Notes: generated by a model from the letters alone, not told the origin. Counted from the first letter of the stretch, positions 19,463 through 29,807 are shown. The stretch is DNA of 64,000 nt from Candidatus Heimdallarchaeota archaeon (GCA_018238155.1 JABCTZ010000018.1:1-64000); one strand, 5' to 3'. Numbers and translations: made by a program.

Positions 19463-21391
19463 TCAAAACTCTTCCTCCTTTTCTGTTTCTTCTGTTCCGT
19501 TTACGTCTTCTGTTTCTTTTACTTTTTCTGTTTCATTTGTTTCTTCTATTCCATCCGTAGTTCGAATATCACTCATGTTTTCGGGTACATCATCCTTCGC
19601 CAATTTTCCTGCTTTTAATGATTGTTTTCTACGAAGTTTAGAGAATCCAAAAACAGCTAATCCTATCAGAGCAAATATTCCTAATGCAATTCCTATTACT
19701 GCGAACCATCCACCTACAGAATATCCATTCACCCAACATAAGGTTATAACTGCAACCGTTGAAACCATAAGCAGAGCAATAGGTGCTGTCTTTTTAATTA
19801 CTTCACCTTCTATTCCTTGTTCATCTATTACTGCTGTTGCACCTTGTATCTTAGCTGGACTAAGAACACTAGCTAATCCTCCACCAATGCCATTGGAAGC
19901 GCCTAAAACTAAAATGCTAGAACTAGACATACCTAAAGAATTTCCAGTTTTAAAATGAAAACCGGTAAACATTGCAATAGAAGATGTTTCACTTCCAGAA
20001 ACAAAACCGCCGAGTAAACCTACAAATGGAACTATGAGAGGATAGTATTTTCCAAATATTTGTGCACTAGCAGTTGCTAAAATGCTTATCATATTGTTAT
20101 CAGCAATAATTTCCCAAGCACCCTCTCCAGTTAGAAGACCTGTTGCTCCAGAAGAAGTCATTATACTTGCAACTGAGAAAAATATTGCTGATGCAAAAAC
20201 GGGCTTAATTGATCTCTTTGCCCATGTAGACATAATATCCTTCAATTTTCCTTTTACACCTAGAAATGGTATGGATAAGAGAGTTGCAATTAGAACCCAA
20301 AAGTATGCATTCCAAAATACGCGCAATTTTACTGGCTTAAAACCGGTAATTTCTACAGGCATTGCTAGAGAATGAAATAGGAAATCATATATTTGAGGTA
20401 TGAAATTTGTTATTGAACACAAAACAACTAAAATAAGCCAAGGCAATGCTGCTTTCCAAAGTGGCATAGATTGTTCAATCTTAATATCTTCCTCAGTTAA
20501 ATTATCTTTATCAAAAATTTTTAGTTTAAGCATTTTTGCTAACAACATCATTGATCCACACGTTAAAAGGCCAGCAAATAAACCGGTCAAAGGAACTAAG
20601 CCATCCATTTCGAATGTTTTTGCCAAAAAGTTAACCAAAACAGCTGTTCCTCCAGTAGTTAAACCTCCAACACATGCAAATAAGATTGCTCTCTTATTAA
20701 AGAGCATTTTTTTTCCTCCGGCAATAAACATCATTCCCAAAGATATCCCTACAGTAACAACAGGCATAAACAATGAAAAAGTAAAGCCGCTTTGAGCTAA
20801 AGTTGGAAAGTTTTCTAATCCGGGAAATAGATGTGAGAATTCACTAAATAAACCTGACATCTCACCTTGGAAAATAACTGCCGGAATGGCTAAAAGTGCG
20901 AAAGTAGTTAGCGGATCGTATCCAATGGAAGGTAAAGCAACAGCTGCAAGAGATGAATAACCCAGAGCAATCATAATTGGAGGAAGCATGGTTGTTGGTG
21001 CTGCGCCAATCGAAACAAGAAAACAACCTAACCCAATATTAATGAACATTATTTGAAATGGTTTTTTCCCTTCTCCACCTAATTTTTTAAAAGCAACTAC
21101 AATCCTTTGTAAGGCACCTGTTTTTTGCATGTATGTAATCATGAAAATACTTGTGCAAACCATAAACGTAATCGGAAAAGATTTGATAAAACCAACAATT
21201 GAAGCTAGAAATGAAACTTTGGCATCTGTTTTAAAGAGAGTAATGGCTAAGACAAACATTACTAACCACATTACAAAACCGGTAGTATCTGCTTTCCATT
21301 TTGCTAAAATTAATAATAATAACGCACCAATAAATGGTAAAAGAATCATTATTGTACTAAGCCAAGTTGCAACCATCTCAAGTTCACCCAT
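19463..21391 (-). CDS. lctP: L-lactate permease family transporter
   Basis: Polytopic membrane protein; GGFVSGSETSSIAMF and GGGLASVLSPAKI motifs typical of LctP; extra acidic tail. Confidence 0.8.
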   Translation of the reverse strand: MGELEMVATWLSTIMILLPFIGALLLLILAKWKADTTGFVMWLVMFVLAITLFKTDAKVSFLASIVGFIKSFPITFMVCTSIFMITYMQKTGALQRIVVAFKKLGGEGKKPFQIMFINIGLGCFLVSIGAAPTTMLPPIMIALGYSSLAAVALPSIGYDPLTTFALLAIPAVIFQGEMSGLFSEFSHLFPGLENFPTLAQSGFTFSLFMPVVTVGISLGMMFIAGGKKMLFNKRAILFACVGGLTTGGTAVLVNFLAKTFEMDGLVPLTGLFAGLLTCGSMMLLAKMLKLKIFDKDNLTEEDIKIEQSMPLWKAALPWLILVVLCSITNFIPQIYDFLFHSLAMPVEITGFKPVKLRVFWNAYFWVLIATLLSIPFLGVKGKLKDIMSTWAKRSIKPVFASAIFFSVASIMTSSGATGLLTGEGAWEIIADNNMISILATASAQIFGKYYPLIVPFVGLLGGFVSGSETSSIAMFTGFHFKTGNSLGMSSSSILVLGASNGIGGGLASVLSPAKIQGATAVIDEQGIEGEVIKKTAPIALLMVSTVAVITLCWVNGYSVGGWFAVIGIALGIFALIGLAVFGFSKLRRKQSLKAGKLAKDDVPENMSDIRTTDGIEETNETEKVKETEDVNGTEETEKEEEF

Positions 21392-21725
21392 GTATTAGAT
21401 TAACTTTTCAACGTAAGTAGCTCTAGTTCAAAAGTGTTTTGAAAAATTGGACATTTTTGTAAAAGATTTTGAGTTCATATTTTAGCTGATAAGGAGTTAA
21501 AAATAAGTATGAAATGGACGATTTTCCATTTAAAATGGAAATGAAAAAATATACTCATCTTTGAAGGGAAAAATGATGAGATAAATAAATATTAGTGAGT
21601 TATCTTCATTACTCATCAATCGAATTACTCTAAAAATTTACTTTAAGACAGAAAGTATTTAAATTTTTCAAAGAATAGAACCTAAGATTAAACTAACCAA
21701 TATATTTCAAATGGTGAATTAAATA

Positions 21726-22184
21726 ATGTCAAAAAATGTCAAATATTGTGAATCTTGTGGCGAAAAAAATGAAGCAAAAGCAAAGTTTTGTGATGGTTGT
21801 GGAAAATCATTTAGTAAAAGTAAAAAAACAGATAAAGACACATCACCCAGCACCGAGAAAGGCTCCGGTTTAGAAGTCATTTCTTTAGTATCCAGTATCT
21901 TAGGATTCACTTGTCTTCCAATCATAGGTCTTATTCTTGCTATTATAATCGGTTCAATGTCTCCGAATCCAAAGGAGAACAAGTATACAAAAGCAGGTAT
22001 TACAATCGGTTCACTCGGACTAATAATACCAGGTTTCATCTTGGGTGTTCTTGGAATTATTGGTGGAGCAATGGAAGGAACAGATGATTTGGTTTGGATG
22101 ATTATTTTAGGAATCATTGCTTTGATAGGCTCTGGAGTTGGTCTATTCTTCTTTATAAAATGGATGAAAAAACCTGCAGAATAA
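21726..22184 (+). CDS. Zinc-ribbon membrane protein (DUF4190-like TM region)
   Basis: CESC...FCDGCG followed by hydrophobic helices; GGTGA RBS. Confidence 0.75.
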   Translation: MSKNVKYCESCGEKNEAKAKFCDGCGKSFSKSKKTDKDTSPSTEKGSGLEVISLVSSILGFTCLPIIGLILAIIIGSMSPNPKENKYTKAGITIGSLGLIIPGFILGVLGIIGGAMEGTDDLVWMIILGIIALIGSGVGLFFFIKWMKKPAE

Positions 22185-22188
22185 TTAC

Positions 22189-22225
22189 TTCCTCTCTAAG
22201 AGGAATTTTTCTTTTTTATTCTTTT
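22189..22225 (+). terminator. Hairpin plus T-tract
   Basis: ttcctct-cta-agaggaa followed by T-runs. Confidence 0.55.
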
Positions 22226-22375
22226 TGAACAACAAAATACGTTTTGGATACGAATATTACTTTGTAGTGGAAATTTATTCAAGTGAAAATTTTGCTAAAT
22301 AACATTCATCCAGATGCAGTATTTTCTTACAAAGGAATAGCTTCTTCTGATTTCAAAAATAATCAGAAAAAGAAA

Positions 22376-24334
22376 CTAAATGCCAAGTTTTTTTCTTTTG
22401 GAATCAATATGATTAACAATTCCATCTACTGCTTTAACAGCATCTTTTTCAACATTTAATAGACCACCAGTTATTCCTTGCAAGTCTTCAGTTAGCAATT
22501 TTACGAGATTCGGTGCTCCGGTAACTGTTGGCACAGGGTTAACATACGTATATAGACCAAAGGCAAGAGCAAAGATTGCATCAATAGTTGCTTTTTGTTC
22601 CATGTACTCAGGTGCAGCAGCAGCAATAGGCAAATCTACAACTGAAACTTGTAATGCATTAGCAATTGCATGAATAAGATCAGCGAGTCTTCCAGTATCT
22701 GTACATGTACCATAACTTAGAACGGGAGGGATACTGAGTGCTTTGCAAACTTTTTGTAATTTTGGTCCGGCTAATTTGATAGCTTTTAAGTTGCATAAAC
22801 CGGCAACTTGCACACCAGCATTTCCGCAACCAAGAGATAAAACCAGAACGTCTCGTTTAATTAATTCTTTGACAACAGCAACTGTATGAACATCTTGACC
22901 AAAATCTCTCAGAGTGGTGCAAGAAACCATTCCAACAATACCGCGTATTGAACCATTTTTTATTGCATCTAGCAATGGATCTAGAGAACCACCAAGTGCT
23001 TCTAGTATGCTTTCAGTGGAAAAACCAACTATTGCTTCACTCATTGGTAACCCTGTAATAGGCTTAATTGATGCTTTTCGTTCTTTGAAATTATCAATAG
23101 CCATTTGGAGTAGTTGCTCTGATTGCTCTTCAACTTTTTCAGGAACATAATTGATTCTATCAGTAATTCCTTCAAAAGCGACCAATGCACTAACTGGAAC
23201 TAATTTGAAATGATATTTCTCTGCGTATATTGGGTTGACAGGCATTGAGCAATTCATATCTGCAACGAAAATATCTACACAACCACTTGCCAAAATTGCT
23301 TCTTGCATTAACCAATTACCGGTGTAACCATAAAAAACGTCATCCATTTCCCATCTTTGAATCATTTCTTGACCTGTTTCAATATTGGCTATAATTCGAA
23401 TGCCTTTTGCTCCTTGTGCTATTGCTTTTTTCTGCCATTTTGCTTTTCGTGCTTCTTGGACTAAACCAAATCCTAGAAATGGTTCGTGACCATTTGGGAG
23501 AACATTTACATAATCGGGGTCAAGAACACCTAAATCAACTCTCATTTTGTGAGGTTTTGGAATGCCAAAAATAGCATCTTGAATATATTCATTTACGATT
23601 TGACTTTGATAAGCCATAGCAATACCCAATCGCATTGCCTTAAGAGCAAGACTAACGTAATATCCATCTACATTGGTTAAACAAGAACTGGTTGCAAATA
23701 AAATTTCACCATGAATTCCGCCAGGATAAATATCTAATTTTCGCCATAATTCCTTTCGCTCTTCTGGTGCAAGTAAATCAACAATAACACTGGGCTCATC
23801 ATATTTTTTATTGAAATCTTGTTCTACAAAATCACACAAGCGAATAGCTATTTCAGTTATTTTTCCACTAACATCTATGCCTAACCGTTTCGCGAATACA
23901 GTCAATTTTTCTGGTGATTCAATTTTGAACGTTGTTTTACCATCTGCAATTGCACGTAGAGTTTTCACCGTTTGATCAGTATGATATTGATATGTTGATG
24001 ATCCCATAACATTTCGAAGCAACATCATTCGCATTGCCATACCATCACCAGTCATCCCACAGACTCCTCGTTTATCCTTTGCCACATTTGCGCGGCAAGG
24101 ACCATGCGAGCATAAATCACATCTTACACCATCCATACAAAACTTACACCTGCGATCTGGTTCTCCAGGAGCTAAGCCTTGTGCTTCATATCTATCCCAA
24201 ATATTTGTTATTCCATCATTTTCTAAGCGTTCAAACAATCTATCATGAGACGAGTGCGGTTTGATATATTCCATTCTAAGTCTATTGTAAAGTTTAATAA
24301 CAGATTTGTGTTCAGAAATTCTTTTGTCTTCCAT
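22376..24334 (-). CDS. cooS: CooS family (anaerobic CO dehydrogenase-like) protein with atypical ligands, CooS-V/clade D-like
   Basis: CKFC...CDLCSHGPC...VCG; NGHEP; DMNC; VSCT; LGCG; GTCTD; EQKA. ATG 24334 preferred over TTG 24346. Confidence 0.85.
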   Translation of the reverse strand: MEDKRISEHKSVIKLYNRLRMEYIKPHSSHDRLFERLENDGITNIWDRYEAQGLAPGEPDRRCKFCMDGVRCDLCSHGPCRANVAKDKRGVCGMTGDGMAMRMMLLRNVMGSSTYQYHTDQTVKTLRAIADGKTTFKIESPEKLTVFAKRLGIDVSGKITEIAIRLCDFVEQDFNKKYDEPSVIVDLLAPEERKELWRKLDIYPGGIHGEILFATSSCLTNVDGYYVSLALKAMRLGIAMAYQSQIVNEYIQDAIFGIPKPHKMRVDLGVLDPDYVNVLPNGHEPFLGFGLVQEARKAKWQKKAIAQGAKGIRIIANIETGQEMIQRWEMDDVFYGYTGNWLMQEAILASGCVDIFVADMNCSMPVNPIYAEKYHFKLVPVSALVAFEGITDRINYVPEKVEEQSEQLLQMAIDNFKERKASIKPITGLPMSEAIVGFSTESILEALGGSLDPLLDAIKNGSIRGIVGMVSCTTLRDFGQDVHTVAVVKELIKRDVLVLSLGCGNAGVQVAGLCNLKAIKLAGPKLQKVCKALSIPPVLSYGTCTDTGRLADLIHAIANALQVSVVDLPIAAAAPEYMEQKATIDAIFALAFGLYTYVNPVPTVTGAPNLVKLLTEDLQGITGGLLNVEKDAVKAVDGIVNHIDSKRKKLGI

Positions 24335-24517
24335 CTTTATCAACAAATTTCTTCATTAGCATTTTAATAGAATGTACTCTTGTCTACTGAAATTAAATCA
24401 TGTATTTATAATTTGCCGCTTTAGAAAAGCTATGCGGATTCAAGTGAAAATTAGTCAAGTTTACTCTATAGCAATTTAATAGGAAACTTCTATATTGAGT
24501 TATTTGAAGAATTAAGT

Positions 24518-25354
24518 ATGCAGTTAGTTATTTTAGGTTCAGGTCAAGATGCTGGTGTTCCACAAATTGGTTGTTATTGTGGCAATTGTGTAAAGTCTCG
24601 AGAAGATAAAGCTTATCAAAGGCTAGGTCCATCTATCGCTTTAATAACTTCAAATAAAAAAACCTGTTACATCATCGATGCATCTCCTGATTTAAAAGTT
24701 CAAGTAGACATAGTTAACAAACTAATGCTAAAAGAACTACCTGCAAAAAGTGTTCCCATTACTGGAATTTTCTTAACTCATGCTCATTTTGGGCATCTTG
24801 CCGGTCTTTGGTCTTTAGGAAAAGAGTGTATAGATATCAAAGGAATAACTGTTCATTGTACACACAAACTAAACCATTTTCTAAATAGCCAACATCCTTT
24901 CAAACATATGACTGAGCAAGGAAATATCAAACCCACACCCTTCGAAATCGGTGTACTGCAAGAATTCAATGGATTTTCTATCTCTTCATTTGAAGTGCCA
25001 CATCGAAATGAATTTGCCGATACTGTTGGTTATATTATTCATGCAACGAAAACGGTTGTTTATTTACCGGATATAGATGATTGGACGGAAGAAATACTAA
25101 CAATAATTGAAGAAGCAGATATTGCCTTAATAGATGCAACATTTTATACAAAAGCAGAATTGCCACGAATGTCAAATGTAAAACATCCGCCTATGATAGA
25201 AACAATGGAACGCTTGAAAGATTCAACAACAGAAATTTACTTCACTCATTTCAATCACACAAATAAAACACTTGATGAAACAAGTAAAGAAAGAAAAGAA
25301 ACCCTTGAGAAAGGGTTCAAATTAGCATTCGATGGCCAAATTATTGAGATATGA
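24518..25354 (+). CDS. PqqB-like metallo-beta-lactamase-fold hydrolase
   Basis: LGSGQDAGVPQIGCYCGNC, IIDASPD, THAHFGH, THFNHTN. Confidence 0.8.
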   Translation: MQLVILGSGQDAGVPQIGCYCGNCVKSREDKAYQRLGPSIALITSNKKTCYIIDASPDLKVQVDIVNKLMLKELPAKSVPITGIFLTHAHFGHLAGLWSLGKECIDIKGITVHCTHKLNHFLNSQHPFKHMTEQGNIKPTPFEIGVLQEFNGFSISSFEVPHRNEFADTVGYIIHATKTVVYLPDIDDWTEEILTIIEEADIALIDATFYTKAELPRMSNVKHPPMIETMERLKDSTTEIYFTHFNHTNKTLDETSKERKETLEKGFKLAFDGQIIEI

Positions 25355-25355
25355 A

Positions 25356-26231
25356 TTATTTTCTTTTATCTTTTTCGCGCTTATCTCGAAGCATATCCAT
25401 ATAATCAGCTGTAACTTCAGTCAAACCCGCTTCAATAGCTTGTTTATTGATCTCTCGAACAACTTTATTTAGGAAAAGTCGAGGCACTTTGACCAGTCTT
25501 TCACAAGCTTCATCTGTCCAGTCAAGTTTTGGATCACATCTAGTAACGGAATACCTAACTGTTTTGATATCTACACCTTTGCTTTCGGGGATAGCCATTT
25601 TATAGGGTTTGGAATGTTTAGTGAACCAAAAATTTGCATTGTCTCTATACCCATAATCAATAGGTAATTTTGGAAAACCCTTTCCCTCGAATAAAGCTTG
25701 TTTCCATTTACTCTTCAAAACGATCTTGTCTATCAGAAGGACCATATGACATTCTGTTGTGTTTTCATCTACATATACAGGTTCCTTTGGATCAACGGTA
25801 CATTCAAAAACTTGTACTGCTTCTTCAACAATTTCCGGATATTGTATACCTTTTTTTCTCTCATCATTAGTTCTCGTAGATGGGTGGAGGGTAAAGATAC
25901 TGTTTGGCATCTTTTCTTCTGTGGTCTCCCCTGGGAAACCCAACATCACACAATTTTCCATATATTTCTTGTCATCTTCTATGAAATTAATGGAGCAGAC
26001 ACCAGTTCTACGAATATTCGTAGCGGTGTTACTATCCGCTCGGGCATTTAGTTTCATAGCATGTTTGCCTTCACCGGCTATTCTATATGGAAAACACAAA
26101 GAATATGGACCCAAATTTGTTTTGCCTGATTCAGATACAGTACCAATTAATACTACAGGCATAGGAAAAAAGCTAGAAGTTTGATAGAAATTATTCAAGA
26201 TTCTAACATTTTCAAATTTTTCTTCTGTCAT
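25356..26231 (-). CDS. Flavin reductase-like (FMN-binding split barrel) protein with C-terminal PCP_red-like domain
   Basis: PMPVVLIGT...NLGPYS...TATNIRRTGVCSINF; C-terminal WTDEACERLVKVPRLFLNKV...EVT. Confidence 0.7.
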   Translation of the reverse strand: MTEEKFENVRILNNFYQTSSFFPMPVVLIGTVSESGKTNLGPYSLCFPYRIAGEGKHAMKLNARADSNTATNIRRTGVCSINFIEDDKKYMENCVMLGFPGETTEEKMPNSIFTLHPSTRTNDERKKGIQYPEIVEEAVQVFECTVDPKEPVYVDENTTECHMVLLIDKIVLKSKWKQALFEGKGFPKLPIDYGYRDNANFWFTKHSKPYKMAIPESKGVDIKTVRYSVTRCDPKLDWTDEACERLVKVPRLFLNKVVREINKQAIEAGLTEVTADYMDMLRDKREKDKRK

Positions 26232-26359
26232 GATTATTTATTACATGATTAATTTATTAAAAGTATTTTTGTATAAGAAAAATAGGTGATCAAGAGAAAA
26301 AAAGATTATTATAAATTTAAAGAAAAGTGGAAATATAATTCCACTACTAGAATTTTTGT

Positions 26360-26515
26360 TTATCGTCCAGCACCGATACCGATGATGTGACCGCAATTTG
26401 TGCAATAAGCCATCGCTACTAAATCTCTGGTAAATTTTTTGCCACTTTCATGTGCTAATTGTTTGTATTTAATATGACCGGATTTTCCACAATTTGAGCA
26501 GGTTGGTTGTTCCAT
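26360..26515 (-). CDS. 51-aa zinc-finger microprotein (below ORF-track cutoff)
   Basis: Hand translation MEQPTCSNCGKSGHIKYKQLAHESGKKFTRDLVAMAYCTNCGHIIGIGAGR*; two CxxCG knuckles; GGTGA RBS. Confidence 0.8.
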   Translation of the reverse strand: MEQPTCSNCGKSGHIKYKQLAHESGKKFTRDLVAMAYCTNCGHIIGIGAGR

Positions 26516-26637
26516 TTTATTTTCACCATTTAACTCTATCTTGTTATATCAATCTAAAGCGTACACAGCTTCTATTATTATCACTTAAATAGCTTTTTTT
26601 GATTAAATTTATTATCCTAAAGACCATTTCTCTTAGC

Positions 26638-27441
26638 ATGGCATCCCAAGGAATAATTTTTGATATAAAAAAATATGCTATTCATGACGGACCGGGCATT
26701 CGAACAACCATTTTCTTTAAAGGCTGTCCCATGGACTGCTGGTGGTGTCATAATCCCGAAAGCCAGGAGAAAGAACTGAAACCTTTTATAAATTTGTTGA
26801 AAACTAGTTCAGTAAATAATTGTGACAATGATGGAGAACCTATTGGTAGAATTGTTTCAGTGAAGGAGACTATGAAAGAAATCAAAAAAGATCTTGTCTT
26901 TTATGAGGAATCTGAAGGTGGAGTTTCCTTTTCCGGAGGAGAACCTTTGATGCAAAAAGACTTCTTAAATGAGTTATTGATTTGTTGTAAAAAAAATGGT
27001 TTGCATACTACTCTTGATACCGCTGGTTGTGTTTCCAAAGAAATAATCCTCCAAATTGCTCCTAATGTTGATTTATTTCTTTACGATTTAAAACTCATAG
27101 ATGATAAAAAACATCAGAAATATACCGGAATATCAAATAAGGAAATACTCGAAAACTTGTTGTTGCTCTCTGATCTGAAATATAATATTGTTATTAGAAT
27201 TCCTGTTATCCCTACAATAAATGATAGTTTGGTAGATATTGCTGATTTTGGGAAATTTATTCAAAAACTCAATATTATTCGTATAGATCTATTACCATAT
27301 CATACAATTGGGGAAGAGAAATATAAGAGGCTTAAGAAAGTAAACCGAATGAAAGAAATTATTCCTCCATCAAAGGAAAGAATAGAAGAAATCAAGAAAC
27401 AACTCGAGAGCTTTGATCTAAATGTCAGTATTGAGGTTTAA
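26638..27441 (+). CDS. Glycyl-radical enzyme activating protein (radical SAM)
   Basis: HDGPGIRTTIFFKGCPMDCWWCHNPES, SGGEP, LLPYH; ATG 26638; directly upstream of the GRE gene. Confidence 0.92.
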   Translation: MASQGIIFDIKKYAIHDGPGIRTTIFFKGCPMDCWWCHNPESQEKELKPFINLLKTSSVNNCDNDGEPIGRIVSVKETMKEIKKDLVFYEESEGGVSFSGGEPLMQKDFLNELLICCKKNGLHTTLDTAGCVSKEIILQIAPNVDLFLYDLKLIDDKKHQKYTGISNKEILENLLLLSDLKYNIVIRIPVIPTINDSLVDIADFGKFIQKLNIIRIDLLPYHTIGEEKYKRLKKVNRMKEIIPPSKERIEEIKKQLESFDLNVSIEV

Positions 27442-27443
27442 TC

Positions 27444-29807
27444 ATGAATGAAAGAATCCAACTATTACGATCACAATCCAGAAATGCACAACCAACTCTT
27501 TCGATAGAACGTGCTAAACTTATTACTGATTTTTACAAAAGTGGACAAGTAGAAAGAGTATCCATTCCTGTTGCACGAGCTAAAGCATTCAAATACTTAC
27601 TTGAGAACAAAGAAATATGTATCAATGCACGTGAATTGATTGTTGGAGAAAGAGGAGAAAAACCAAAAGCAACTCCAACGTATCCGGAAATTTGTTGTCA
27701 TACATTGAAAGATTTGAGTATATTAGACTCTCGAGAGAAAATATCATTCAAAGTTACATCAGAAACGAAAACGATTACTAAAGAAGAAATCATTCCTTTT
27801 TGGAAAGGACGATCAATACGAGATAGAATTTTTTCAGAAGTAGATGCAAACTGGATGAGCGCATATGAAGCAGGTATCTTCACTGAATTTATGGAACAAA
27901 GAGCGCCAGGACATACTGTTGCCGATGGAAAAATATTCGCGAAAGGGTTTAATGATTTCAAAAATGAAATCAAAACAAGTATGAAAAAATTAGATTTTAT
28001 TTATGATCCAGATGCTCTAGATAAACGAGAGCAATTGAAAGCAATGGAAATTGCTGCAGATGCGATAATTGCTTATGCGAAAAGACATGCAGAAAAAGCA
28101 CTTGAATTAGCAGAAAAAGAATACGATTCCAAGCGAAAGAAAGAACTCAAGTTAATAGCAAAAATTTGTTCCAAAATTCCGGCGGAAGCTCCAACTAACT
28201 TCTACGAAGCTTTACAACACTATTGGTTCATCCATCTTGGTGTAATATCTGAACTAAACACCTGGGATTCATTCAATCCAGGTAGATTAGATCAACACCT
28301 CTATCCATTCTATAAGCAAGAAGTAGAAACAGGAAAGTTATCTGCTGAAGAAGCAAAAGAATTACTTGAAGCTTTTTGGATAAAATTTAACAACCAACCT
28401 GCACCTCCTAAAGTTGGCGTAACTGCTGAAGAAAGCAATACTTATACTGATTTTTGTACTATTAATTTAGGTGGATTACTCGAAAATGGAGAAGATGGAG
28501 TAAATGAACTATCCTTTATGATTTTAGATGTAATAGAAGAAATGAGAATTTTACAACCAGGATCAAATGTTCAAATCAGTCGCAAAACACCAGATGAATT
28601 TCTGAAGAGAGCACTGAAAATCATAAGCACTGGTTTTGGACAACCATCAATTTTTAACACAGATATTGTTATCCAAGAAATGTTGCGCGTTGGAAAAACA
28701 ATAGAAGATGCAAGAAATGGTGGTACCAGCGGTTGTGTAGAGACAGGTGCTTTTGGAAAAGAAAATTACAATCTTACAGGGTATTTCAATTTAGTAAAAA
28801 TATTAGAAATAACGCTATACAATGGAGTCGATCCGAGAACAGGAAAAGAACTAGGACTAAAAACTGGAAATCCAGTGAAATTCAAATCATATGAGGAATT
28901 GTTCTCTGCCTTTGAAAAACAAGTAAATTATTTCATTGATATTAAAATTAAAGGAAATAATATCATCGAACAAATTTGGGCGAAATATCTTCCTTCACCA
29001 TTTTTATCAATAATCATAGATGATTGTATTATAAAAGGAAAGGACTACAACGCAGGAGGAGCAAGATACAATTCAAGTTACATCCAAGGTGTAGGTCTTG
29101 GAAGTATAACTGATAATCTGACATCCTTAAAGTACAATATTTTTGATAAGAAAAATCTCTCAATGAATGAAATACTTACAGCAATGAAAAATAATTTCAA
29201 AGGAAAGGAAGAACTTCAAAAAGCATTAACTTGTAAAACACCGAAATATGGAAATGATGATGATTATCCAGATTCAATAACTCAGCAAGTTTTTGATGTT
29301 TATTTCAATGCAGTTGATGGAAAACCAAACACAAAAGGCGGTCATTATAGGATCAATCTTCTCCCAACAACTGTTCATGTTTATTTTGGCAGTGTAATTG
29401 GAGCAATGCCAGATGGAAGATTAGCAACTGAACCATTATCAGAAGGAATTTCTCCTGTGCAAGGAACAGATATCAATGGACCTACATCAGTATTAAAATC
29501 CGCAAGCAAAATTGATCATGTAAAAACTGGTGGAACATTACTAAATCAAAAATTTACTCCAAACTTTCTGGAAACAGAAAAAGGAATAACACTAGTTGCG
29601 CATTTGGTAAGAGGCTATTTCAAACTCGGAGGACATCATATACAATTCAATGTTGTTTCCGCAGAGGTCCTCAAAAATGCACAAAAGAATCCTGACAAGT
29701 ACCGAGATTTAATTGTTCGCGTTGCAGGATATAGTGATTATTTTATTAACCTTGGAACAAAATTACAAAATGAGATAATTCAAAGAACAGAACATGGAAC
29801 ATTTTGA
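27444..29807 (+). CDS. hypD: Glycyl radical enzyme, trans-4-hydroxy-L-proline dehydratase type
   Basis: EFMEQRAPGHT, ELNTWDSFNPGRLDQ, ESNTYTDF, SGCVE, LTGYFN, LPTTVHVYFG, VRVAGYS. Confidence 0.85.
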   Translation: MNERIQLLRSQSRNAQPTLSIERAKLITDFYKSGQVERVSIPVARAKAFKYLLENKEICINARELIVGERGEKPKATPTYPEICCHTLKDLSILDSREKISFKVTSETKTITKEEIIPFWKGRSIRDRIFSEVDANWMSAYEAGIFTEFMEQRAPGHTVADGKIFAKGFNDFKNEIKTSMKKLDFIYDPDALDKREQLKAMEIAADAIIAYAKRHAEKALELAEKEYDSKRKKELKLIAKICSKIPAEAPTNFYEALQHYWFIHLGVISELNTWDSFNPGRLDQHLYPFYKQEVETGKLSAEEAKELLEAFWIKFNNQPAPPKVGVTAEESNTYTDFCTINLGGLLENGEDGVNELSFMILDVIEEMRILQPGSNVQISRKTPDEFLKRALKIISTGFGQPSIFNTDIVIQEMLRVGKTIEDARNGGTSGCVETGAFGKENYNLTGYFNLVKILEITLYNGVDPRTGKELGLKTGNPVKFKSYEELFSAFEKQVNYFIDIKIKGNNIIEQIWAKYLPSPFLSIIIDDCIIKGKDYNAGGARYNSSYIQGVGLGSITDNLTSLKYNIFDKKNLSMNEILTAMKNNFKGKEELQKALTCKTPKYGNDDDYPDSITQQVFDVYFNAVDGKPNTKGGHYRINLLPTTVHVYFGSVIGAMPDGRLATEPLSEGISPVQGTDINGPTSVLKSASKIDHVKTGGTLLNQKFTPNFLETEKGITLVAHLVRGYFKLGGHHIQFNVVSAEVLKNAQKNPDKYRDLIVRVAGYSDYFINLGTKLQNEIIQRTEHGTF

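Noticed and set aside
19455-21398. Plus-strand ORFs of 89-167 aa opposite the lactate permease
   Set aside because: Antisense shadows of a hydrophobic membrane-protein gene with no independent features
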